Source: Elainellaceae cyanobacterium
GTDB lineage: Bacteria; Cyanobacteriota; Cyanobacteriia; CAZCXK01
Length of the DNA stretch: 64,000 nt
Reading direction: 5' to 3'
NCBI GenBank assembly: GCA_051117335.1
Contig: JBNPEB010000063.1
Coordinates: 12,955 to 76,954, forward strand
Positions 40,304 to 50,785 of this stretch are shown in pieces. A program made the translations under genes and the position numbers. Under the pieces are notes generated by a model. It saw only the letters and a list, made by a program, of their open reading frames with translations, searched no databases and was not told where the DNA came from. Position 1 is the stretch's first letter, and each line of letters starts with the position of its first letter.

Positions 40304-43087
40304 TTAGAGCCAATTACCAACGAGCACGTAAGGGGACCAAAAATAAGGACGCTTCCAGTCTCTTAATCGCTCAGCGCCTTTTTCCCATAGATTCAGTTGT
40401 GCCTGATGCAGGGCTTTGGCTCTGCTAATGTCGGGATACTGGGCAAGCTGTCGATAAAACTCTTCCATCATTACTGCTGCTGATTCATCGTCTACAGACC
40501 AGAGGGTCGCCAGCGTACTTCGCGCACCTGCCCGGACGGTTAGTCCGGCTAAGCCCAGTGTGGCGCGATCGTCGCCAGTGGCGGTTTGACAGGCGCTCAA
40601 GACGAGAAGCTCAACGTTGCGACCTTCGACATCACGAGTTCTTAACAGATTATCTAGATCTTCTGCAAACAGTGGATCATCAGATAACGCAATAAATGTC
40701 CTAGACGGATCAGAGCTAAACACTCCGTGACTAGCCAGATGCACGATAGAAACATTATCAAACTGTAGTTGACGTTCTAGATTTGCTTTGGTGAATGTTT
40801 CATTGAACAGGACTTCAGTGGGTAATAACGACTGAATCGCCTTGAGTTCGTTCTCTACATTCTGGAGGGGAGAGAAGTTACCGTCTCGAAAGGGATGAGC
40901 GAGGGATTCTGTTGATCCAGCAGTCAAGACTTTGATGGGCTGCGTTAAGGGTTTAGGTTCAACCACCTGCAAACTTGGCGCAACGGCGATCGCATATCGT
41001 TCTATCAAATACTGCTGGCGATCGCCATCCCATAACGCCGCCATCGGTAGGTTTCGGAGTCCACCATCTAAAACAAACACGAGTGTTTGAACGGCGCGAT
41101 TCTCTGATGAGTCGGTGTTTGTATCTAATACCGATTTAAAGGGTCGGATCATCCAGTCATAAAGCTGCTTGGCATCGTGTTGAGCCGACCGCCAACGACG
41201 AGGAGCGGGCAAGTCTTGATAGAGCTGGGTCGTTAAGGCATCAACCTCTGCCTTGGAAACCTGCACGCGAGAGCGATGGAGGGATTGATCGGGCAACTGA
41301 AGAATAACTTCTAGGCGATCGCTCAGAATGATGGGATACACAATTGCCGCTGTCGGGTCGATGACCCGGTCACTAATTTGCACCGGATCGATATTGCAGC
41401 CCAAATAATTCTCTAACTCCGCCAACTGCAATGAATCGATGAGTTTGGTGGCGTTGCGGAGATTTTCGTCAGGAGGATCAGGCGAACTGAGGAGCAAGTC
41501 TACAAACTGGCGGTAAAGCGGCTCAACGTTGTCTCGAAACGAAAACTGCACGTCGGAGTTGATAAATAGGAGGTCTTGTCGAACCTGTTCTAGGGTTTTA
41601 ACAGCCTGGTCATAGGTACGAATCGCCTCACTGGTCTTGTCCTGCTGCGTCAGAATGCGTCCGAGTTGCCATTCCCATCGGTAGCTGATATCGGGGGCTT
41701 GGATGGCCTCTGCAAGCGCGATCGCCTGATTCGTTACGGTCTTGGCATCCGTCCATTGGTCAGCCTGCTCATACATGTGTCCAAGCTGCCCCAGGGCGAG
41801 TGACTCGGCACGGGAATCTTGAAGCTGGCGAGCTTGTTGAATGCAGCGGGCTAGGATTTGAGCCAAATCTGGCCACAGTTCAGCGCTTTGGAGAGTGGCA
41901 GATTCGTGAATCGACTCTCGAACGGGCTCCTGAGCCGCATACCCGTTGAGAATACTATTCACCCCGTTTAGTTGCACGTCAATGCTGGAGCGTCCTAGCG
42001 GCAGGTCTGCAAACTTAGCCTGGAGGGTGTCCCACAGTTCCTGTACTGTAGCCCACTGAGCAGCCTCTACCTGTCTTGCTTGGTTGAGATCAGTTCGGAA
42101 TCTATCCACTTGAAAGCTGAGGAGATTGGCGATCGCCTGAGTCTGGGACAACTCAGAGGGGGCGATCGCCACAGCGTCTTGATAGTGCTTGAGGGCAGCG
42201 GTTTGATAGTCATCTGCTTCATTTAGGGTCAAGGCGACCGCGCGACTCCAGCGGGCACGTTCTGTATTGCCCAAATCTAATAGAACTGAACTTTGAAGTT
42301 GATTCGATGATAGAGCGTCAACCAGGTTTGTGGTGGCGATCGCCAAACTTTCACTGAGCGCCTTCTGAGATGCGTCCAAATTTCCTACGCGGCGAAAGGC
42401 ATTCCCTAGAGACTGCAACGCCATCACCCGAAGCTGAGGATCGACCTGTTGCCGAATCATTTGCTGAGTGCGTTCAAGCATGTCTCGCGCTGCAATGGTT
42501 AGTCCCAATGATTGTAGTGCTTTGGCTTGGTTGAGCTGACTACCAATCAAGCCAGAAACGTAATTCGCTGATTCATAGGCGATCGCGGCTTGCCTCCAAG
42601 CTTGTAGGGCAGATTCAGATTGCCCCCGTCTCCAGAAATACCATCCCTGCGCATTGAGCGCTTTGGCATAATATTCCCACTCTACGTTTGAGCGAGAGTC
42701 TGGAGTGTGCTGTTCAAAGAAGGCCAGACTTTGATGTAAGGTATCGTCTGCGTCTTGCCATTGACCGAGATGCTGATAGGCAAGAGAAAGGTTGCTGAGT
42801 AGGAGTGCCTGATGTAGTTCATCCTCTTCAAGGGTGTAGGCGCTGAGTGCCTGGTGCCAACTTGCGATCGCCTCGGTGAATCGTTCGGCTTGAAAGTGCT
42901 CGATGCCGGTTCTCAGTGGGTCAGTTGATGGAGATTGAGAAATATCGGCGGGGAGTGATTCAGTGGCGTGGATGGGAATCAGGGGCGATCGCACGGAGAG
43001 GCTCAGAGCCATCATGTAGCCGATGATGGCCCAAAGGATTCGTGCGATCCACTTTTTTAATTGAGGGATCTTAAGCTGGTATTTCAT
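40304..43087 (-). CDS. TPR-CHAT domain protease
   Basis: N-terminal hydrophobic signal, TPR helices, HLASHG (His), VLSACQTA (Cys), PYFWSPYVLVGNWL. Confidence 0.92.
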   Translation of the reverse strand: MKYQLKIPQLKKWIARILWAIIGYMMALSLSVRSPLIPIHATESLPADISQSPSTDPLRTGIEHFQAERFTEAIASWHQALSAYTLEEDELHQALLLSNLSLAYQHLGQWQDADDTLHQSLAFFEQHTPDSRSNVEWEYYAKALNAQGWYFWRRGQSESALQAWRQAAIAYESANYVSGLIGSQLNQAKALQSLGLTIAARDMLERTQQMIRQQVDPQLRVMALQSLGNAFRRVGNLDASQKALSESLAIATTNLVDALSSNQLQSSVLLDLGNTERARWSRAVALTLNEADDYQTAALKHYQDAVAIAPSELSQTQAIANLLSFQVDRFRTDLNQARQVEAAQWATVQELWDTLQAKFADLPLGRSSIDVQLNGVNSILNGYAAQEPVRESIHESATLQSAELWPDLAQILARCIQQARQLQDSRAESLALGQLGHMYEQADQWTDAKTVTNQAIALAEAIQAPDISYRWEWQLGRILTQQDKTSEAIRTYDQAVKTLEQVRQDLLFINSDVQFSFRDNVEPLYRQFVDLLLSSPDPPDENLRNATKLIDSLQLAELENYLGCNIDPVQISDRVIDPTAAIVYPIILSDRLEVILQLPDQSLHRSRVQVSKAEVDALTTQLYQDLPAPRRWRSAQHDAKQLYDWMIRPFKSVLDTNTDSSENRAVQTLVFVLDGGLRNLPMAALWDGDRQQYLIERYAIAVAPSLQVVEPKPLTQPIKVLTAGSTESLAHPFRDGNFSPLQNVENELKAIQSLLPTEVLFNETFTKANLERQLQFDNVSIVHLASHGVFSSDPSRTFIALSDDPLFAEDLDNLLRTRDVEGRNVELLVLSACQTATGDDRATLGLAGLTVRAGARSTLATLWSVDDESAAVMMEEFYRQLAQYPDISRAKALHQAQLNLWEKGAERLRDWKRPYFWSPYVLVGNWL

Positions 43088-43102
43088 GGCGATCGCCCTC
43101 CC

Positions 43103-46100
43103 TTACTGCAACTGGCAGTCAAATACGGTAGATGGTGTGGACATGTCTGCACGTAAGACGACCTGCCCTTGCTCGTTAACCTGCCATCCCTCTGCTTCGA
43201 CAATCTCGTCGGGCAATTGGGAGTCTGGGAGTTCGTTCTCTTCAGCATTTGCTGGCTGGATGTCTTCCCAGCCCCCACTGCTGCTAATCGGGTCAGATGG
43301 ATTGGTGGGAATACCGCCCTGCTGAGTGTTGACAAAGCGTCCTTGACCATCAATGCCGGGTTGACATCCCTGGCTGAGCGGTGGAGCTTCGGTATCGATG
43401 GGGAGTTCAGTTACGCCCTGTACGGGATCAATACCTAAATCTTCAATGGCGATCGCGCCATCGGTGCCAAATTGAGAACTAGCGCTGATGTCATTGGTCG
43501 TATTGTTTCTTAACTCATCTCGGGTTCCTGAACGCTCCTGCATCCCAAATATTCGTAATGTAGAGATGTCAATGTTGCCGCCATTGCCTCTAAATGCAGT
43601 TGCAATGATGTCACTGTTTTCGCCGCTGACACCAATAACAAATCCATCTTCAGCATCGATAGTGATGTTGCCTCCGTCAGCACGTCGATTGGCTTCAGCA
43701 GAAACCAAACTTCCATCTTGAAGTAGAAGTAATTCAAGTCCGCTTAGGTTGACGTTTGCAGAGTCTTGGCCACTACCCGCATTTCTACCTGTTTCAGCAC
43801 TAATGGTGCCTGCATTTAGAAAGATACGGTTTGCGTCAATGTTGATGTTTCCTGCTGGTCCATTAAGGTTGCGTACTGTAATCTCAGCGCGTTCGCTCAA
43901 ACTGAGATTGTTAACATCAATGTGAACATCTCCAGCTTCTCCGGTAGCACTGGGACGGTTGCCAGAGAGAGCTGAAATTATCACGCCATCTTGAATGCGT
44001 AAATTACCAGTTTCAATCGTGAGTGTACCAGCATCACCTGCTCCAATGGTTTCGACTGCAATGCGACCTGGCCTTTCTCCAACTCCCCAAATGTTGATGC
44101 TGTCAGGAGCAGCAATACTCAAGTTTCCACCGTCTCCATCTGCTCTAGTAGAAGCCGAAACTTGAGCAACATTTCGAAGCGTAATGTCGAGAGTAGAGTC
44201 TCCTCGGAAGGGCTGTAGAATAAGGTTGCCCGCAGGTGCGTCTCCTCTAGTTTCGGAGAAAACCCCTACCCGTCCAGACAAATCCATTGTGGAAGCGTTG
44301 AGGAAGATGCTACCACCACGACTTCTTGGATCTGCTGTATCAGTTGCCGTTGCAGTAATCGCTGCATCGGATGCGACTGTGAGAATTGGCGTATTGATAG
44401 TAATGTCGCCAGCTTGTCCCCGACTGCTTGTTTCAACCGAAAACTCACTACTATCACTCAAGGTAGTACGCGTTGTTGCATTGACAGTGATGTCCCCAGC
44501 ATCACCTCTGGCACCTTGATTAGAGCGAGCAGAAACAACAACTCCATCTTCAATTCGTAGCGTGCCTGTTCGAATCCCTAGTTCGCCTGCATCTCCTGCT
44601 CCAAAGGTCTCAACAGCAATACGTCCAGGCTCTTCTCCAACACCTTGAATGCGAATACGATTGGGAGCACGAAGCCTCAAAGAACCACCTCTCCCATTAC
44701 CCAAGGTAGTTCCTGTAATTTCGCTGTTATCTAGCCTAATGTTAAGGTTTTCTCCTTCATCAAATGGAGCAAGTGTAATATTTCCAGCTCTACCCGCTCC
44801 ATCAGCAGACACGGCAATTTGACTTCCATTTTCGAGAATCAGTTGCGGTGTATTGATATTGATATTCCCAGCTCTACCGTTGCCCCTGCTTTGAGCCGCA
44901 ATTCCACTATTGATAAAGAAGTTATTTAGCCGAGAAACTTGAAGTGAATAAGAATTACTTCCTAAAAAGTCAGTTTCTCTATTAATTGTATCATTAGATT
45001 GGCTGACACGAATAAAATATCTACCCGGTCTATTAAAAATATAAGCAAGATAAGAGTCATTTATACTTGTACTCCCACTTCCGCCTAATGTTACTGATGA
45101 GTCATTATTTGATGCTAATAGGTTCAGATTTTCATCAAAGAGCGATAATATTGTGTCAAATCCCGTATCAAATTCACTCTCACGACTTTGGTTAGGCGGA
45201 CTATCAATATCAAATACAACTTGTGTCCCGACTGATTCCACTGTGAAACTGAAAACATCTACTGTCCCCGGCGTTGTTTCACTAGATACAGAAACGTAAG
45301 GAATTTCCTCCGAGAACTCTATATTAGGATTCGTGGCACCAGAATCATCGATTGAAAAGTAATTATCTAGACTTTGAAGCATATCAGCATTTTCAAGAAA
45401 TTCTTGAATTTTCTCACTTTGTTCCTCAGGAGTTTCAAAAGAAAGAGGGAAGTCAAACCTTCTTATGTTACTCTCTTCTGCTATCAGCAACGGACCAAGT
45501 TCGCCTAGTTGTAAGTTATTGTCAGGGATTTGATTATTGCCGGAAATAAGTACCTGTTCCGGTGCCTCAAGTATTACAGAACCGCCTCTACCTCTAGCTC
45601 CAAATCCCACTGCTGTACTAATGACACTATTACCCAATAAGTTAATTTTACTGCCTGATTGAAGTCGTACAGTTCCACCATTTCCTTGCCCCGCTGTTAA
45701 GCTAAATAAGCTGCTATCAGACAATGAAATTGAATCTCTCGAATTAATTTCTATATCTCCAGCATTTCCGACTCCAAACGTAGTTGTATTGAGTAATGAA
45801 AAATCATTTAACGTAACTACTCCAGCTACAATTTGAATGCCGCCTCCTTCCTCTTCCAAAGCTTCTGCCTCTGGGCCAAGACTTGATGTCAACGTACTAC
45901 CGCCTAAAACTAAGTTCCCACTTGTCTCGATTGTTATATTTCCGGGGTTACCCTCTCCCACAATATCGGTTGTTACTGTAGTATTTTCTAAATTTATGGA
46001 GGCTGCTTCAATATGCACATTTCCTCCGTTCCCATCTCCAAAAATTACATTCCCCTGAATAGTTCTGTCTTCAAGAGAAATTGTCCCCTGAGCAGTGATT

Positions 46101-49100
46101 AAGGAAGTTGATCCTGCAGATGCCAAAGCAGTTATATCTGTCGACTCATCAGCTAGCACACCAATATCTGCATCGCCTGATGAATTGAGATCTTCAATAG
46201 TCAGATCGTTCTGGGCACTCAGAAAAATGTTCCCACCTATACTGTCAGTCATCACAGAACCGCTTTGACGTGCACCTCCAAAGATATTTGCTTCACCAAA
46301 AGAACTAAGCGTACCAGCCCTTAAAGTTCCATCAGACTGAATATTCACGTTTCCAGCAATACCAATAGCAGTTATGTCTGCATTTGTACCTATTGAATTC
46401 ATCGGTGCATTTACAAGCACATCTGTGAATGAATTAAGGTTCCCAATCACAATTGACTGTCCCATTAAGGAAATATTGCCTGAGGATGTAGTGGCATTAA
46501 CTTCCCCTATTTCTCCTGCTTGGGATATTTCCACTAATCCATCTATGATAGCGACAGGCTGTACTATTAAATTTGCTGCAGAATTGATATCACCTGAAAC
46601 GGTTAAAATTCCTTCTGTTGTCCTAATGTCTATATCTCCGCCAATAGCAGTCCCACTAGTTTCGCCAAGAGTTCCAGCTACAGCTCCCCTGAGAGCATTC
46701 GCTTCAAAATCTTGTGAATCAACCTCGACAGATCCGCCAACCAATATACTGATAATCTCTGATTTTCCATCTATTGCGGATACGCGACCAACAATAGAGT
46801 TGAGATTTCCTGTATTCAGACCATCTTGAGCGTCTAGAAAAATCGATCCTCCTCTTGCGAAAACATTAATATCATCAACATTTCCTGAAATCCCAAATGT
46901 ATCTGTCGAACCAAAAACATCTGCAGTACCGTTGACCCCTATAAATGCCGATGAATCAATTTCTTCTGAATTTAAGGTGCTTCCTGTAACCAGTGAAATC
47001 GAGCCTCCTAACCCTGCAGCACTGAGATTGCCGACTTCTCCTCCAATTGCCGTATTGGGCATGGTGAAACTTCCAAAGGCTGTAGTTCTTGCAATTGCAT
47101 TTGCCTCTATCGAAGCATCGAGACTACCTACAGACAACACATCTCCTGCCGAAAAGTCTAGCCTTCCTCCAAATGCATTTGACTCCACGTCATCAATCGT
47201 TCCTGCGACTGACAAAACATTGATTCCTGAGGATGCGTTAGCTCCTATATTAGATTCAGCCAAAGATGTAATATCTTCAGAAGTTAAACTTGTGCTCGCA
47301 TCTAAAACAATCTCGCCGCCAATCGCAAGTGCATCAGTGCGACCAATTTCACCTGCAAAAGCTGTAGTGAGATTAAAGGAACTTCTAACAGCACTAACCG
47401 AAATATTTGCAGTTGATGAAGAGTTTATTTCTCCAGATAATATAGAGCTTCCCGCGTTTAAGGTGATTCGCCCTCCAGTTGCTCTGGCTGTTGTCTGAGC
47501 AGCAAGGCCATCATTAGCAAACTCATCAATAGCCGTTAGATTTACAGTTGCGCTAGCATCCAAGGCTTGAGTGACAATCTCGTCTTCAGCCATCAAGATG
47601 ATGTCACCTCCTCTGGCTTCGAGGTCAGCATCTCCGGTAATTGAATCGAAGGGACTTCCCCCCCCTCTTGCTTCAGCAAGTGATATAACGGTTCCTTCTA
47701 TATCAATACTCCCTCGAGAATCAATAACAACATTTCCACCATCGACTTCAAGTCGTTCGTTGCCGAATGTCCTATCTACTCGTTGTGTAATAATCGTGCC
47801 AACTTCGATATCTCCTGTAGGCAGTTCTGAATTTGGCTCAAATTGATTCGTTAAGAAAACCAACCCTCCTGGATTGATAATGGTGCCTTGAATGATGATG
47901 TCAGCGCTTGTTCCTTCACCAGCAGCAGAACCATTCTGCGTCGGATCATAATTAGTAGGATCACCAACAATTTCATTAGTTATGCCATCTATCGCATTAA
48001 CACCATGAGCCGTTGTTCCTGCACGAATGTCTAAGGTCAGCTGTTCAGTGCCGTCAATGACTAATGGTTCACCTTCGCTATATTGGACAGTTCCATCTAT
48101 AATCTGAACTTCTCCATCTACGATAATAGGCTCACGATTAACAATGATTGCTTGCCCATCTCTTCCTGTCACATTAGCTAGTTCAGGATTATTAATCGGA
48201 TTAATGGCATTGTCTGTTGTATCAGCCCCTGTAATCCGAATATCGCCGTTAATTGTTACACTACCACCAGCTAAAATATGGAGAGATGCTCCAACATAAC
48301 TTTCAAAACTAACGTCACCACTTGCACGAATAATCGGATCGTTAAGGCTGATTAGATTGCCTGCATTTCTATCTAATTGCTCAATTCGAAAATTGCCTCT
48401 ACTCCAAAAGTGAGCGTCCCCATTTATAGCATTTGCGCTACGCAGTACTAAATCACTACCTGAATAAAATCTGCTGTCTGGATGGTTCAGTGCAAAAATA
48501 TCGACGGTTTCATTACCCTGAACCAATAGTTCTCCTTGTGACGCAGCAATAAAAGGAATCGTCTCAGAATCACGGATACGAACAGTATCAGTTCCCAATA
48601 GAGTCAAGTTCCTCCCCGCTATTACTTGACCTTGCAAATCCACTTCATTTGCAAACAACATCAAATCTTGCCCAGTCGCAAGACTTCCCTGACTTGCAAT
48701 CACTGAGCCATCTCTCGGTGCAGTCCCCCTTTGCAATCCCACCGGCACATTCAATGTCAAAAGTGGAGGAGCCTCTGGATTTTTTGCGCTGAACTCACTA
48801 CCATCAGGAAACGTCAAGCGATCGCCCGTACTTGCCACAAATGATCCGCTGATATCCAGTCGAGCATTAGGCCCAAAGATAATGCCATTGGGATTGAGGA
48901 AAAACAGATTTGCCGTCCCATCCACACCCAATGTGCCCAAAATATCTGAGACATCACTTCCAGTCACGCGACTCAGAATATTGGCAATACCCGCAGGGTT
49001 GGCAAAATAAGCCTCTCGACCCTCGCCAATATTGAAGTCTTCAAAACTATGGAAGAGATTCCCCCCCCGAATCGCACCCCCCTCAATCGAATCTCGCATC

Positions 49101-49261
49101 TGATTCACCGCCCTGATGCGAGACGACTCAGCCCCTAGCGTCGCATCAGGCGTGATTTGAGCAGAGGCTCTCTGTGACATGAGGCTCAACCAGCCACTTA
49201 ACGACAGCACTGGGAGCAGCCAGAGCGAGAACAGCGATTTCAGATTAACTGGATTTGCCAT
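43103..49261 (-). CDS. Filamentous haemagglutinin N-terminal domain (TpsA-like) exoprotein 2 with an internal PPC-like domain
   Basis: N- and C-termini nearly identical to exoprotein 1; DTILSLFD...ASNNDS...GRYFIRV insert; ORF track start is 49318, likely start 49261 after GAGGAG. Confidence 0.9.
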   Translation of the reverse strand: MANPVNLKSLFSLWLLPVLSLSGWLSLMSQRASAQITPDATLGAESSRIRAVNQMRDSIEGGAIRGGNLFHSFEDFNIGEGREAYFANPAGIANILSRVTGSDVSDILGTLGVDGTANLFFLNPNGIIFGPNARLDISGSFVASTGDRLTFPDGSEFSAKNPEAPPLLTLNVPVGLQRGTAPRDGSVIASQGSLATGQDLMLFANEVDLQGQVIAGRNLTLLGTDTVRIRDSETIPFIAASQGELLVQGNETVDIFALNHPDSRFYSGSDLVLRSANAINGDAHFWSRGNFRIEQLDRNAGNLISLNDPIIRASGDVSFESYVGASLHILAGGSVTINGDIRITGADTTDNAINPINNPELANVTGRDGQAIIVNREPIIVDGEVQIIDGTVQYSEGEPLVIDGTEQLTLDIRAGTTAHGVNAIDGITNEIVGDPTNYDPTQNGSAAGEGTSADIIIQGTIINPGGLVFLTNQFEPNSELPTGDIEVGTIITQRVDRTFGNERLEVDGGNVVIDSRGSIDIEGTVISLAEARGGGSPFDSITGDADLEARGGDIILMAEDEIVTQALDASATVNLTAIDEFANDGLAAQTTARATGGRITLNAGSSILSGEINSSSTANISVSAVRSSFNLTTAFAGEIGRTDALAIGGEIVLDASTSLTSEDITSLAESNIGANASSGINVLSVAGTIDDVESNAFGGRLDFSAGDVLSVGSLDASIEANAIARTTAFGSFTMPNTAIGGEVGNLSAAGLGGSISLVTGSTLNSEEIDSSAFIGVNGTADVFGSTDTFGISGNVDDINVFARGGSIFLDAQDGLNTGNLNSIVGRVSAIDGKSEIISILVGGSVEVDSQDFEANALRGAVAGTLGETSGTAIGGDIDIRTTEGILTVSGDINSAANLIVQPVAIIDGLVEISQAGEIGEVNATTSSGNISLMGQSIVIGNLNSFTDVLVNAPMNSIGTNADITAIGIAGNVNIQSDGTLRAGTLSSFGEANIFGGARQSGSVMTDSIGGNIFLSAQNDLTIEDLNSSGDADIGVLADESTDITALASAGSTSLITAQGTISLEDRTIQGNVIFGDGNGGNVHIEAASINLENTTVTTDIVGEGNPGNITIETSGNLVLGGSTLTSSLGPEAEALEEEGGGIQIVAGVVTLNDFSLLNTTTFGVGNAGDIEINSRDSISLSDSSLFSLTAGQGNGGTVRLQSGSKINLLGNSVISTAVGFGARGRGGSVILEAPEQVLISGNNQIPDNNLQLGELGPLLIAEESNIRRFDFPLSFETPEEQSEKIQEFLENADMLQSLDNYFSIDDSGATNPNIEFSEEIPYVSVSSETTPGTVDVFSFTVESVGTQVVFDIDSPPNQSRESEFDTGFDTILSLFDENLNLLASNNDSSVTLGGSGSTSINDSYLAYIFNRPGRYFIRVSQSNDTINRETDFLGSNSYSLQVSRLNNFFINSGIAAQSRGNGRAGNININTPQLILENGSQIAVSADGAGRAGNITLAPFDEGENLNIRLDNSEITGTTLGNGRGGSLRLRAPNRIRIQGVGEEPGRIAVETFGAGDAGELGIRTGTLRIEDGVVVSARSNQGARGDAGDITVNATTRTTLSDSSEFSVETSSRGQAGDITINTPILTVASDAAITATATDTADPRSRGGSIFLNASTMDLSGRVGVFSETRGDAPAGNLILQPFRGDSTLDITLRNVAQVSASTRADGDGGNLSIAAPDSINIWGVGERPGRIAVETIGAGDAGTLTIETGNLRIQDGVIISALSGNRPSATGEAGDVHIDVNNLSLSERAEITVRNLNGPAGNINIDANRIFLNAGTISAETGRNAGSGQDSANVNLSGLELLLLQDGSLVSAEANRRADGGNITIDAEDGFVIGVSGENSDIIATAFRGNGGNIDISTLRIFGMQERSGTRDELRNNTTNDISASSQFGTDGAIAIEDLGIDPVQGVTELPIDTEAPPLSQGCQPGIDGQGRFVNTQQGGIPTNPSDPISSSGGWEDIQPANAEENELPDSQLPDEIVEAEGWQVNEQGQVVLRADMSTPSTVFDCQLQ

Positions 49262-49318
49262 AGCGGCTGTGATTCTCCTCAACATGACATCAGAAGCTGT
49301 GTGCATAGCTTCCGTCAT

Positions 49319-49349
49319 AGTTATCGGGTTAGGCAGAAAAATTTCGCAA
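49319..49349 (-). promoter_or_regulatory. Putative alternative-sigma promoter upstream of TpsA-like gene 2
   Basis: Minus strand TTGCGAAA-N17-ATAACT. Confidence 0.6.
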
Positions 49350-49528
49350 ATCCTCAGCTTATCGCAACAAAGCGTTACATAGGCATAAAGATACGCCCAT
49401 GTAACGCAACACTGTATCGATCGATCAGATTAAGTCAGGTTAATCAGCGTGATGCTTGAGAAGTCAACTCATTGAGTGAGCGTTTTTGAAAATCGACCAT
49501 TAACAGCACAAGCAACTACGGCACTCAA

Positions 49529-50383
49529 CTACAGAACAAAATCACTCGCTGTGATAAACGACGTATTATTCAGTTGAATTTCCATTTCCGCTAGTTTGTT
49601 TCCGTCACCATGCACATCGACCTGGACGATTGAAGAACTCCCAATTCGATCGACACGTACTTCGCCAGCCATTCCTGTAAACCCACGAGTGCCAATGAAA
49701 TTAAAGGCTTGATTGCCTAAGAGATTTTTATTGGCATCAATGGATGATAGGTCAATCTTGTCAAATCCTCGGTCAAAATCCGTAATGACATCCCGCCGAG
49801 TAAAGCCCGCCCTACTTTCAGAGGTGCTGTAGTATTTGAACGTATCAAGTCCGTTGCCGTCAACAAGGGTGTCTTTCCCTGTTCCACCGACTAACACATC
49901 ATTGCCACTACCCCCTGTGAGATAGTCATTACCGCTCCCGCCATACATCCGGTCATGTCCACTGCCTCCATTGAGATAGTCATTTCCTGATGAACCTCTG
50001 AGGCTATCGTTCCCAGCGTTGCCATAGAGCCTATTATTCCTGCTATTGCCTTGAATGACGTTATTTTTGCTATTGCCAGTGCCTCTGATAGCAAATCCGG
50101 TTAGAGTTAGGTTCTCCAGATTAGTTGATAAGGTGTGGCTGACAGAAGATACAACTCGGTCAATTCCTCCTGCTACCTCAGTTGCTACATCTCCGGAAGA
50201 ATTAACAATGTAAGTGTCATTGCCAAACCCACCGTTCATGTAGTCATTGCCACTGCCACCATTGAGATAGTCATTGCCATCTCGACCATACAGACGATCG
50301 TTACCAGCAAGGCCATAGATCTGATCATTTCCTGATCTACCAATTAGCGTGTTATTACCGTTTCCACCAACAATTCTAGCCAT
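49529..50383 (-). CDS. RTX / haemolysin-type Ca-binding protein with serralysin-like C-terminus
   Basis: Many GGxGND nonapeptides, ENLTLTG, DVITDF...DKIDLSSIDAN...AFNFIG. Confidence 0.9.
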   Translation of the reverse strand: MARIVGGNGNNTLIGRSGNDQIYGLAGNDRLYGRDGNDYLNGGSGNDYMNGGFGNDTYIVNSSGDVATEVAGGIDRVVSSVSHTLSTNLENLTLTGFAIRGTGNSKNNVIQGNSRNNRLYGNAGNDSLRGSSGNDYLNGGSGHDRMYGGSGNDYLTGGSGNDVLVGGTGKDTLVDGNGLDTFKYYSTSESRAGFTRRDVITDFDRGFDKIDLSSIDANKNLLGNQAFNFIGTRGFTGMAGEVRVDRIGSSSIVQVDVHGDGNKLAEMEIQLNNTSFITASDFVL

Positions 50384-50603
50384 TTTCTTGCTCCTTAAAT
50401 AACCTAAGTTTTGTAGTTGAATCGTTCAGACCAACAGTCAGCATGAACGAGGAGAAATCGAGTGATTTCTCTAGCGCTGAACGCTGATTCTGAAAACCTT
50501 TTAGATTCGAGGTTGATGACTGCAGATTCTAGTGTTTAGACTTGCAGGCGATCGCCCTTAACGTTGAAACCCGTGTTTGGCGAATGCATCCTTGCCTCTA
50601 TAG

Positions 50604-50635
50604 AGCTATAGGATGAGCAACCCTATTTTTCGCAA
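50604..50635 (-). promoter_or_regulatory. Putative alternative-sigma promoter upstream of the RTX gene
   Basis: Minus strand TTGCGAAA-N18-ATAGCT. Confidence 0.65.
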
Positions 50636-50785
50636 TTTCACCCAAAATTTTTCGATAGTTCTTTATTCGGGTGGTGTACCTGCATGGCGATCGCCTGAAG
50701 TATTTGGTAAAGCTGGCGTGAAACACTTGACGCAAAAAAGCGAGCATGAAATCTCATGCTCTGCCCGCTCTAGCTTTTGAGCCTG

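Noticed and set aside
40304-43087. Type III-E CRISPR-associated TPR-CHAT (Csx29)
   Set aside because: No cas7-11 or array, and the protein has a signal-like N-terminus and follows an FHA gene; only the regulatory analogy is kept
46374-47846. Long plus-strand ORFs (151, 188 and 91 aa) opposite exoprotein 2
   Set aside because: Antisense shadows of a Gly/Ser/Ala-rich repetitive gene
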